From: Chrysemys picta bellii
Lineage: Eukaryota
Assembly: GCF_011386835.1 (NCBI RefSeq)
Contig: NC_088798.1
Span: forward strand, 109,430,001-109,494,000
DNA length: 64,000 bases
Direction of reading: 5' to 3'
Of this stretch, positions 47,566-58,216 are shown piece by piece (within the stretch, counting starts at the first letter, position 1; each line of letters starts with the position of its first letter). The notes beneath the pieces are model-generated. The model worked only from the letters and a program-made list of their open reading frames with translations. It made no database searches and was not told the origin of the DNA. Made by a program: the position numbers and the translations under genes.

Positions 47566-48758
47566 GTAAGTACTTTTTTGTGCAGGTTGTTTATTGATTG
47601 TAGCAAAGCAAAATCTAACTCCAAGTATGGCTGTGCTGCTTTTGGTGTTAAATCTAATAAGACCATCAGGGTTTGTATTAAGCAAATACTCACACTTCAA
47701 AGTTCTCTGTAGCGTTGTCTGGTTTCTGTGTCTTGGAGACCTAGAACATAGAAGTTAGTAACAAATGAATGTTGTATAGTAGAAAGTAGATTTCAGAGAA
47801 GAATTATCTCCAAGAACTCACGGAGCATGGGTGAGGTCGCAGAGGACTAGAGAAGGGGGAACAAAGAGGACCCAGGGAATTATAGACCAGTCAGCCTAAC
47901 TTCAATACCTGGAAAGATACTGGAACAAATTCTGAAACAATCATTTTGTGAGCACCTAGTGTTGTACTTAAAGTACTGCACAGGATCTTTTCAGGGGGAA
48001 TAAGACAAAACGCCACATTTATTAGTAATACATGTATTCATTAACACTGTATTATATGCATATAATATATTACACTTACACTCACACACACACACACAAA
48101 CACACTCCGTCTTGTTGTTACCAATTAGTTGCTCCCCTTAACTTCACTGGCCAGGTGAGTTAGATGGAGGAGGGGGTGGAGCCGGGCTTCTGCCGATCCG
48201 GATCGATGCTCCCATGTTGACAAGACGAGACCCGGGGTCCTGTGCAAGACACCTCACTTTTATAGCAGCTTTCCTGTTATGCAAATCTATACCAGATTCA
48301 AACTCTGTGTCTGTGTCCATTGGTCCTTTGTGCTGCTTTCTTTTGAGTGTTGTCCCAATGCTGCAAAGAGGGTGTTTCCAAAAGAAGGTGCTTGCTTCTA
48401 ACCCCCGAGGCCGTCGGTATGTCTGCTTGTCTTTAATGAGCCCACTTGACACGTTTTATTGTCCTTGGGTCTGGCTCCCAGCCCCTCTCCAACAGTTGAG
48501 GCTGTCTGGAGGTGCTGCCTTCCATGCCTTCCTCATTCACACCTCATTCATTCAACAGGGCAATTGATTAAGAGTGGGGGGGGGGGAGAGCTCTTGTTCT
48601 ACTGCTAGCAAAAAGAAATTTTTCTTCTATCTTATTCTATCCTTAGGGGCTATAATATTATACCAAGGGCAATGCAAAGTTTCTAAATGAGGCTTTGATA
48701 CAAAGTTCCATGAAAACAGAGGTCACACGTGGGTAGACCCACCACAAGGTTATATGAA

Positions 48759-48957
48759 TCAGAGGGGTAGCCGTGTTAGTCTGAATCTGTAAAAAGCAAC
48801 AGAGGGTCCTGTGGCACCTTTGAGACTAACAGAAGTACTGGGAGCATAAGCTTTCGTGGGTAAGAACCTCACTTCTTCAGATGCAAGAAGTGAGGTTCTT
48901 ACCCACGAAAGCTTATGCTCCCAGTACTTCTGTTAGTCTCAAAGGTGCCACAGGACC
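48759..48957 (-). mobile_element. Penelope fold-back mini-element inside the 3' LTR
   Basis: 74-bp perfect arms 48804-48877 and 48885-48958; TSD CAAGGTTATATGAA at 48745-48758 and 48958-48971; single copy at 52043-52056 in the other LTR. Confidence 0.95.
48844..48884 (-). ncRNA. Minimal hammerhead ribozyme, core intact
   Basis: GCAU-CUGAAGA-A-GUGAGG(UUCUUA)CCCAC-GAAA-G-CUU/AUGC. Confidence 0.7.
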
Positions 48958-50798
48958 CAAGGTTATATGAAGAGGCACAATGTAAAGTCATATGAAAATT
49001 ATCAGAGATTGATCTACATTGTCCCCCTTTTGACCTCTCAAGAACAATTCTTGAGTGGTCACCATATAAATCTTTTGTATTTGTTGCAAACAAACCAAAC
49101 AATTATAACCAGGTGAATATAACTAAAACCATTACAATTGACTAAACACCAGATATAACATAAACACAAATGCAAACAATTATAATTATAATAATTGGAA
49201 ATACAACAAAACCATTACCATTACAATAATTGGGTACATTGACAAACAAAATGAGGCCCAAGTTTGATGCTGCAATAGCCATCAAACAATAAAAGTCACT
49301 GAGGTCAGGACCTTCTTAAGCACACACAACAAATAAGATTTTGTAGGAGTACCACAGTTGTTATCCAAGGTTAAGCTGATTTGGACTTAAACTAACATTC
49401 AGTTGCTAAAATGTTGTAGAATTCCCTATTTTTAACAGTTGTTCTTAGAGGTTTTTGGGGACCTGAAAGATGGGGCCATACAATTATGGGCCAAGGTCTT
49501 ACAGGTTATGGGGGCCCAAGAACTGCCCTTTAGGGCTTGGGGAAGTAGAACCAGAGTGCATAGAGCAAAGTGTGGAATTAATAATAATACAAGCAAATGT
49601 AACTAACAATACAAATGTATTAATAACAAAAATTAACAACAAAATGACTATAAGAGAACCTAACAAAAAATAAACCTGATGCATTGGGGACCAAAGTCTT
49701 TTGGACACAAGGGGTGATTGATAAATTGGATGGACATGGGGGAAGTAGAGAGAGGAAAAGACATTTGCCCTGTCTAGTGTAGTATCCCCTCTTTTTCTAG
49801 ACCCAATGCTAGCACAGGACACCACTAGAGACAGACACAGAACATGCAACACAGAACACTGAACACAGACTTTGTCATGACACTATAACCATGGTATTTT
49901 ATAACTCTTCAGCTGGTACCAGCTCTCCTGATGTTCCGGTTCAGAGCCTGAAAGATAGAAGCTTGGAAACAAATTAGCACAGTGCTTCCACCCTGGCAGA
50001 ACCTGCTTGGTCTCTGCCACAGTGTGTTTGGTACTTGGGGCTGCACAAATGCTGATTAAGTGGTGCATTTTTTGTGAGTGTAAATCCTCCCTTTCTTTTA
50101 GTAAAAGGGGGTTAACACTCCATTTAGAAAAAATAAAATTCTGTTTTAAAATTTCCAGCCATTTTGCCATGGCCTGGAGATTTGAGGCAGAAGCAGGCAC
50201 TGTTGTTAACTGTTTCAATGGCATTTTGGCCCTGGGAGGAGGAATTTACCCAAATATCCCAAATATCCCCCGTCCCAATCTCCAGAGGGGTCCCAAAGGT
50301 CTGCCCCCTTCTGGGGTCTTAAATGTTTTTTCTCCTGATGTTACTGCTGCTGTAAGATTTGAGAGTGCTGTTTTAACTCTCTGTACCCAACCTGTTTTTT
50401 TAGTTTTTTTATTTATTGTTTGCCTGGGCCCGATCCTGCTTTTTTCAATAGACAGTTTCTTTTCATGGGCACAAGCCTTGTTTCACTACCAATTTAGCAA
50501 GGAGGGTGGGCTTTTTAACTAGCCCCCACCCTTCCTGGTTCCGTTTCTTAAACATTTTTTTAAAAATTGTGAAATTACCACAATATTACTTACCAAAACA
50601 AAACAAACAAACATAAACCACACTACACTGCCCAAACTCCTATATCCTTCAGAGTTTGGTTTAACAGAACAAGATCTGCATCTTATGTTTTTAACCCACT
50701 CTGGGCCAGAGGGAGAGATGCTAAGCTTCCCTCTGTATTACTCGGTCTGCTACCACCGAGGGTTCATACACCAATTATACAAATCCTTCCCCGGATTA

Positions 50799-51131
50799 GA
50801 TCCTTCCCCGGATCAGAGTGAAAAACACTAAGTTCTCCTCTTTAGCTCAGTCTTGCTACAGCTGAGGGTGTATGTACCTCTATAACACAATTTAAACCTA
50901 AACTCCTATATCCTTCAGAGTTTGGTTAATCCTTCCCCGGATCAGAGTGAGAAACACTAAGTTCTCCTCTTTAGCTCAGTTATGAACACAATTTAAACCT
51001 AAACTCCTATATCCTTCAGAGTTTGGTTAATCCTTCCCCGGATTAGAGTGAGAAACACTAAGTTTTCCTCTTTAGCTCAGTTATGAACACAATTTAAACC
51101 TAAACTCCTATATCCTTCAGAGTTTGGTTAA
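50799..51131. repeat. 101-bp tandem repeat in the retroelement leader
   Basis: CCTAAACTCCTATATCCTTCAGAGTTTGG at 50897, 50998 and 51099 (period 101); related copy at 50631. Confidence 0.88.
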
Positions 51132-51238
51132 TTAACTGAAAGTTTACGCTCTTTTTTCTATAGTGCCAGGCTTGCTAAAGCTGGCAGTGTGCACACCAGT
51201 TTTATAATAACTGTGGATTTTATGCTTGCTCCCCCTTT

Positions 51239-51252
51239 CGCATTCTCCACCA
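51239..51252 (-). promoter_or_regulatory. Primer-binding site, tRNA-Ala type
   Basis: TGGTGGAGAATGCG 3 nt after the 5' LTR; complementary to the 3' end (CGCAUUCUCCACCA) of vertebrate tRNA-Ala(AGC) as recalled from memory. Confidence 0.75.
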
Positions 51253-51255
51253 AAA

Positions 51256-52103
51256 TGTTGTACTTAAAGTACTGCACAGGATCTTTTCAGGGGGAATAAG
51301 ACAAAACGCCACATTTATTAGTAATACATGTATTCATTAACACTGTATTATATGCATATAATATATTACACTTACACTCACACACACACACACAAACACA
51401 CTCCGTCTTGTTGTTACCAATTAGTTGCTCCCCTTAACTTCACTGGCCAGGTGAGTTAGATGGAGGAGGGGGTGGAGCCGGGCTTCTGCCGATCCGGATC
51501 GATGCTCCCATGTTGACAAGACGAGACCCGGGGTCCTGTGCAAGACACCTCACTTTTATAGCAGCTTTCCTGTTATGCAAATCTATACCAGATTCAAACT
51601 CTGTGTCTGTGTCCATTGGTCCTTTGTGCTGCTTTCTTTTGAGTGTTGTCCCAATGCTGCAAAGAGGGTGTTTCCAAAAGAAGGTGCTTGCTTCTAACCC
51701 CCGAGGCCGTCGGTATGTCTGCTTGTCTTTAATGAGCCCACTTGACACGTTTTATTGTCCTTGGGTCTGGCTCCCAGCCCCTCTCCAACAGTTGAGGCTG
51801 TCTGGAGGTGCTGCCTTCCATGCCTTCCTCATTCACACCTCATTCATTCAACAGGGCAATTGATTAAGAGTGGGGGGGGGGGGGAGAGCTCTTGTTCTAC
51901 TGCTAGCAAAAAGAAATTTTTCTTCTATCTTATTCTATCCTTAGGGGCTATAATATTATACCAAGGGCAATGCAAAGTTTCTAAATGAGGCTTTGATACA
52001 AAGTTCCATGAAAACAGAGGTCACACGTGGGTAGACCCACCACAAGGTTATATGAAGAGGCACAATGTAAAGTCATATGAAAATTATCAGAGATTGATCT
52101 ACA
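51256..52103 (-). repeat. 5' LTR (848 bp)
   Basis: Matches the 3' LTR by eye except a G13 versus G11 run and the absent insertion. Confidence 0.92.
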
Positions 52104-53989
52104 CTAGAGGATAACAGGGTTATAAGGAATAGCCAGCATGCCAAATCACCCTGATTTCTTCCTTTGGCAGGGTTACTGGCTTAGTGGATGGGGGGGAAAC
52201 ATTAAAATCAAGATATATCATAGCTACTAAAGCTTTTGACACAGTCCCACGTGACACTCTCATAAGCAAACTTGGGAAATGTCTCTAGATTAAATTAGTA
52301 TAAGGTGGGTGCACAACTGGTTGAAAGACTGTACTCAGAGTAGTTAACAAGGGTTCGCTATCAAACTAGGAGCGATTACCTAGTTGGATCCCACAGGGGT
52401 CAGTCCTGGATCCAATATTATTCAGTATTTTCATTAATGTTTTGGATAACTGAGTGGGAGAGTATGCTTATAAAATGTGCAGATGACAATATGCTGGGAG
52501 GGGTTTCAGGCACTTAGGAGGACAGGATTAGAGTTGAAAATGACCTTGACAAATTGGAGAATTGGTCTGAATTCAGCAAGATGAAATTCAGGAAAGATAA
52601 GTGCAAAGTACTTTACTTAGGAAGGAAAAATCAAATGCACAACTACAAAATGAGGAATAATGCCTAGATGGTGGTGTTGCTGAAAAGAACCTGGGGTTAT
52701 AGTGGATCACAAGTTGAATATGAGTCAACTGTGTGAGGCAGCTGTGAAAAAAGTTGTCATTCTGGGGTGTATTCACAGAAATGTCATATGGAAGACAAAG
52801 GAGGTAACTGTCCCGCTCTACTCCGCACTGGTGAGGCCTCAGCTGGAGTGCTGTACCCAGTGCTGGGTGCCACACTTTAGGAAAGATGTGGACAAACTGG
52901 AGCTAGTCTAGAGGAGAGCAACAGAAATGATAAAAGGTTTAGAAAACCTGCCCTATGTGGAAAGGTTTAAAAAAACGGCCTGTTTACACTTGAGAAAAGA
53001 AGAGCAAATATGTGAAAGGCTCTTCTAAATAGGACGATGATCAGTTGCTCTCCATGTCCACTGAAGGTAGGACCACAAGTATTGGGCTAAATCTGCAGCA
53101 AGGAAGTTTTAGGTTAGAAACTAGGAAAATCTTTCTAACTCTAAGGGTAGTTAAGCTCTGGAATAGGCGATGGAGATTTTTAAGAACAGGTTGGAAAAAC
53201 TCTTTGTCAGGGATGGCCCAGCCGCTGTGCTGAGGCAGGACGTGATGAACTCTTGAGGTCCCTTCCAGCCCTACGATTTGATTCTATTCCTAGCAGTGTC
53301 TTCTGAATCTGTAAAGGAAACTAATGTATTTAATCCTAACTTGAAATCAGGCTGACACTTGCAGTTCCTAAATATTAAGCAATGGAGACCAAACAAGGAA
53401 TGGGCACACTTCTATCTATTGAGGCAGTGCCCAAAGGTTCCCCTCGGGAACAAGCATGTAGGGTAACACAGTCCCGGCCTCCGAGCTTACAGTCTAAAGA
53501 GCCAAGACACAGACAACAGGCTGTAATTATTTGCTCCCTGGTGTAATCTCCTCTTCCAGCAGCTGCCTAAAATAAACAGTCGTGCGTTAAACCCTCTGTG
53601 CAACAGAACTGCAGTTCTGGAAGAGACTTGGCCTGATCGACTTCCTGTGAATTGCCAGCCAATATAAGACCAGTGAGCCCTTAAATCTGGTATCTTGTCT
53701 CTGGCTGTGGCTTATGCCTGGTGTTTCAGAGGATGTTGAACCTTACACACACACACAATACACCTGGCCTTTATGCAGCGCTGTTCATGGAGGGAGTGCA
53801 GGTGAGGAAATCCATCATAACCTCTGGCAATCAGCTGATGCTTTGGAGCACGGAACTTTACCTGGCTTAGGTTTTTCTCTAGGGTGCTCAAGATGGAGTA
53901 GTCAGTGTGTTAGCTGTAAATGTTGACCAGAAAAAGTTCTTCAGAAAGTCAGTAAGCTGAATTTCCAGTGTCCTTTGCTTTTTGCCTAG

Positions 53990-54128
53990 GTTTGCCGTGC
54001 GTTTTATACGCCCTGACCCTCGCAGTAGGGTCACGGACCCAGTGGGTGACATTGTTTCGTTTATTCATATGTTTGAGGAAAAATATGGGAGGATACACCC
54101 TGTCTTCTACCAGGGAACATACAGCCAG
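53990..54128 (+). CDS. FAF2: FAF2 exon 5
   Basis: FAVRFIRPDPRSRVTDPVGDIVSFIHMFEEKYGRIHPVFYQGTYSQ. Confidence 0.96.
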
Positions 54129-55382
54129 GTCAGTAGGGCATGTTGGTGCAAAGGTATGTGGGACTATCTTGCTGGTATTGCCTGGCACACTGGCTCTAAA
54201 GAGGAATGACAAAAACCATTTTGCATTTTAAAAGTCCAGTACTAATGTTCAGACTCAGTAACGAGGTAATGGAGATCTCAATTATGAGCCTATTAGGAAC
54301 CCGAGTCCAACCCACTGTAGGCACTTGCCATGGTGGGGTCTCCGCCAGTCTCAGGGACGTGCCAAACAATTGAAGCTGGGAAGGCAAAGCTGATCTGGCA
54401 GTTTCTCAGCAGTCTCTGTGGTTCAGAAACCCATACCTCTTCTTTTGTTCTGCTAGTATCAGTTTTATAAGCTGACGTAGTGGCCCAAAGTCTGTCCTGA
54501 TGTACACCCCATTGGAAGTGACCGGGGCTGCGCCACGGTGCAAGTATGAGCAGAATTTAGCCCAATAACTTCAGAAACTTGGGGAAATGGCCCCTTTGAG
54601 TCCAGGAAGTAAAAGGAGAGAATAGATCCCTCTTTTGTTGGATTGGGGTGATGATTCTTCCCAGAAGAAGAGGGGCTCCCTAACATGTGTCTGTCTCTGC
54701 CCCCCCCCCTTCCAGTCCCAGCCCCAATGCGCACACACTCCTCTGTTGTGGAGTCCATCCCAGCAGGTGGCTGAGTGCCAGAGAGCACTGCTGAGCCTAT
54801 ATCCCTTAGCTCTACTCAAGGGCTGAGGTCATTCCCTCCAGCAGTCCCTGCCCCCAGGAACAAGGGGCCATACTTAGAACCCAAACTTAGCCCAGCAGCC
54901 CTATGGTGATCTATCAGCAGCTCAGTGCCAGTTCAGCAGAGGCTTGCGGAGTGACGTGTTTCAGCTGAGAAGTGGGGGTTACAGAGATCAGCTTAATAAC
55001 GAGTTTCAATGGATGTGGTCGGAAGGTTGGATCCTACATCATCCACATTGGAAAATGGAGCCAAAAACTGCCCGATTCTGGGCCATGGGAGTCCTGCAGG
55101 CTGAGCCAGAGAAACCCTTCTGGGTCACTAGGTGTGCAGTGCTTTGCCTGCCATTCTCCCAAGGCCCTGCCTGCCAAGGAACAGTGAGGAAAGCCCAGTC
55201 AAGGGTTCCTTTCTCCTGCAGGCAGAGAATTCACTGGGCACATGGGTGTGGAGGGAGGTCTGGCAAGTTCTTCAATTAATACCACATTAGATTGAAAAAC
55301 TGCTTCCCCTGGCCTATCCCACCCTAATACCAAAGGGGCAGCAGGCCCCTCCCACTCCAGCTTTTCTGTGCTCTCTCCCCAG

Positions 55383-55468
55383 GCGCTGAATGACGCTAAG
55401 CGGGAGCTGCGCTTCCTGTTGGTTTATCTTCACGGTGACGACCACCAAGATTCAGACGAATTCTGTCG
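55383..55468 (+). CDS. FAF2: FAF2 exon 6
   Basis: ALNDAKRELRFLLVYLHGDDHQDSDEFC; CG|GTAGGT. Confidence 0.96.
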
Positions 55469-55551
55469 GTAGGTTGGAGAGCGTTTTCTTAAATAACTGG
55501 CCATGTGTTTGGGACCCAGCTCTATGTCTGCCATCTCTTCTCTTCCTCCAG

Positions 55552-55643
55552 CAACACTCTGTGTGCCCCGGAGGTGATCACCCTCATCAACACTAGGATG
55601 CTTTTCTGGGCATGCTCCACAAACAAACCAGAGGGATACAGAG
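55552..55643 (+). CDS. FAF2: FAF2 exon 7
   Basis: NTLCAPEVITLINTRMLFWACSTNKPEGYR; G|GTGAGT. Confidence 0.96.
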
Positions 55644-55903
55644 GTGAGTGTCCCCCTGCTGAACTCTTCCTGGTTCTTGTTAAATCTGCACTAAACAGAT
55701 TGGGATTGCAGACAATGTGCGTCTGTTCTGCAGGCTTGATCATTTCCCTGTGCAGGTGAGTAAGTGATAGGCCCCAGAGACCAGCCTGTGATCCCTTACT
55801 ACACCGAGTGGAATGGGGCTACTCCAGACCATGTTCCGCATAACCGAGGACATACCATATCTGAGACTAATATTGCAGCCCAAGGAGCCCTCTGCTCTTA
55901 ATA

Positions 55904-56076
55904 CACCTCTACCCCGATATAACGCTGTCCTCGGGAGGCAAAAAATCTTACCGTGTTATAGGTGAAACCACGTTGTATTGAACTTGGTTTGATCCGCCGG
56001 AGTGCGCCGCCCCGCCCCCCCGGAGCACTGCTTTACCACGTTCTATCCGAATTTGTGTTCTATCGGGGTAGAGGTG
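55904..56076. mobile_element. Tc1/mariner MITE, same family as 24637-24809
   Basis: CACCTCTACCCCGATATAACGC start, ATCGGGGTAGAGGTG end, TA flanks; interior inverted relative to the other copy. Confidence 0.85.
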
Positions 56077-56790
56077 TACTGGCTGTTTCACAGTCATGTC
56101 TCAGCAGAGTTAGCTGTTGTTCCTTTGCAGTCGGCATGCTGGCTTCCTTCAGTGGCCTTGTCATAGGGGCGTTAGGCTGAGTGGGGAAGCAGGTGCCGAA
56201 TGATAGTGGTTTGTGTTGTGCCTGGAGACAAAATGGCCACAGGTGATTCCTTGGGTTTTTCCCGCCCCCTCAGATCTCAGGGGCCTTCTTAGGACTGGAT
56301 GTGGGGCAAGAATGTCCACCTACTAGTCCACACTAGGCTTTGCAGCATGCCACTAAATCCTTTCCGAGCCCGTGATGCCTGTCCTACGAGTGCCTGGTGG
56401 GGGTTGTGCTGAACAATGTGTGCCCTCTTCCCAAGACTGCAAAAGGGGGTTGTGTGGTAGTTTAGATCCTTCGTGGCCCACAGAGTGAGCAGCTGGGTCC
56501 ACGATTTGAACCCGGGACTGCCAGGCTACTGAGCTCTTGGAGGTGTCACTGTCTCAGGAAGAACACCTCTGACAGATGTCTTGGTTGTCCCCTAAAAAGG
56601 GAGCGGACTAGTGGGTTGGCAGCCATGGAGTCTGAAGCTGTGTCTCTATGCCCAGCAAAGGGACTGGCGGGACCGCAGGAGCTGCCCACCTCTAGAGGCT
56701 TGGGGAGGGAGGCAATTCTAGTCTTATGACCCCTTGGCCTCTCTGTTGGGACAGCCAGTAGTGACGGTGGTTTCTGCGCCCATCTCCCAG

Positions 56791-56968
56791 TGTCCCAGGC
56801 TCTGCGTGAGAACACATACCCATTCCTCGCCATGATTATGTTGAAAGATCGCAGAATGACGGTGGTGGGACGACTAGAAGGCCTCATCCAGCCTGATGAC
56901 CTCATTAACCAGCTGACATTCATCATGGATGCCAATCAGACATACTTGGTGTCTGAGCGCCTGGAAAG
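56791..56968 (+). CDS. FAF2: FAF2 exon 8
   Basis: SQALRENTYPFLAMIMLKDRRMTVVGRLEGLIQPDDLINQLTFIMDANQTYLVSERLE. Confidence 0.96.
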
Positions 56969-57786
56969 GTACCAGGCTGGGAACTGGAAGCCCCAGTAAT
57001 ACTTATCTCATGGAGTTGGGAATTCCCATGGAGTGGGTCAGATCTAATTGAGGGGGGCTGTGAGTGTGCTGCACTTGGTTCTGCAATGCATTCAGTGGCC
57101 AGTGGAAATGCTGGTGCATGCGGTGCACCGCCCTGATGTGTACATTCAGACTACACTGCATTCTGGGAATTGAGGTCTCCCTGGGCAACATTCCTGCTCC
57201 AAGATGAGTAACCACAATCTGCTCCATTTTTCTGGAGGTTTGGGGCAGTCTGGAGCGGCTGGCACCTTTCAGGCAAAGTCTGGATGTTGCTGGACTCTCT
57301 GACTGTGGCTAAGAGCGTAACTGGGCTCCAGGCATTTCGGCCAGAGTCATGCTGATACCTTCAGCCAGTCTTGTATGGGAGTCGCCGGCCCCGGGTGGCT
57401 GTGCTGCTGAGTTAAGGCTGCATTTGTGATGTCCTGCTGCCGCCTCATTGACACATGTCCCCTCCAGGTATTGATGTGGGCTCCATTCAGACTGAGAGCC
57501 GATAGGACGCCAGCTCCGTGTCTCAGTCCCTTAATCCTTCCTGCTCCCCAGTCAGAGAGTGTGCCTTGCTGATGGGCAGACCTGTGGGTTTCTAAAGGGA
57601 GTCAGGAACGGGCTAAAGAAACATGGGACTCACTAGCTGCAGCAGATGGGTGCAGTGTGCATGGCACCTGCCCACACTACAGCCCTCGTTTGTGCATTTA
57701 TCCTCAGCCTGAAATCGAGGCCATCTATGCCAGGGACTAGTCACCATAGAGAGCCCAGCCCCCTTCAGGAGCGGGAAACCTGCATT

Positions 57787-57903
57787 GTTTCAGAGCAGCA
57801 TCAGCCGGGTTAGTCTGTATCCGCAAAAAGAACAGGAGTCCTTGGGGCACCTTAGAGACTAATGCTCAAATAAATGTTAGTCTCTAAGGTGCCCCAAGGA
57901 CTC
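57787..57903. mobile_element. Shortest Penelope fold-back mini-element (no hammerhead core)
   Basis: 27-bp perfect arms 57836-57862 and 57877-57903; terminus GTTTCAGAG..AGCCGGGTTAGTC; no clear TSD. Confidence 0.8.
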
Positions 57904-58044
57904 GGGTTCCTTCTGCAGCGTCTGTGTGCTCCTCCTTTGGGAAGGTGTTAGTGCTGTGAAGGCTATTGTCTTCCTCTTGCCCTGCCCTGCCTATGTTTCT
58001 GGGTGTGTTGATATTAACCACCCCTCGTTCCCTGACGTTTGCAG

Positions 58045-58216
58045 GGAGGAGAGAAACCAAACACAGGTCCTGCGGCAGCAGCAGGATGAGGCCTACCTGG
58101 CTTCCCTGCGGGCGGATCAGGAAAAGGAGCGCAAGAAAAAGGAGGAACGGGAGAGGAAGAAGAGGAAGGAAGAAGAGGTGCACCAGCAGAAGCTAGCGGA
58201 GGAGAGGCGGCGCCAG
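58045..58216 (+). CDS. FAF2: FAF2 exon 9 (coiled coil)
   Basis: EERNQTQVLRQQQDEAYLASLRADQEKERKK...AEERRRQ. Confidence 0.96.

Larger units (their letters stand above)
47960..49018 (-). repeat. 3' LTR (846 bp plus a 213-bp Penelope insertion)
   Basis: CCAAT 48319-48323, TATAAAA 48258-48264 and AATAAA 48018-48023 on the minus strand; preceded by PPT AAAAGGGGGACAA. Confidence 0.92.
47960..52103 (-). mobile_element. Non-autonomous LTR retroelement / internally deleted ERV with two LTRs
   Basis: TG...CA LTRs 47960-49018 and 51256-52103; CTAG TSD 47956-47959 and 52104-52107; PBS 51239-51252; PPT 49019-49031; no recognisable protease, RT or integrase in the 2.2-kb interior. Confidence 0.93.
47801..53286 (+). 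mobile_element. CR1 LINE (47801-47959 plus 52104-53286) split by the LTR element
   Basis: RT-region sequence reads continuously across the insertion (GAGCACCTAG|AGGATAAC); degenerate ORF2 C-terminus and ATTCT tail near 53285. Confidence 0.85.

Noticed and set aside
48144-48567. Duplicated ORFs (also 51440-51863)
   Set aside because: Lie wholly inside the LTRs; the duplication reflects LTR identity, not a gene pair.
50007-50560. 171-aa plus-strand ORF and possible gag remnant on the minus strand
   Set aside because: No recognisable Gag motif (no MHR or CCHC), several stops on the sense strand; the plus ORF is antisense to the element.
50632-51131. CRISPR-like appearance of the repeated palindromic 29-mer
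   Set aside because: Intervening sequences are near-identical rather than unique spacers, and the context is a vertebrate retroelement.
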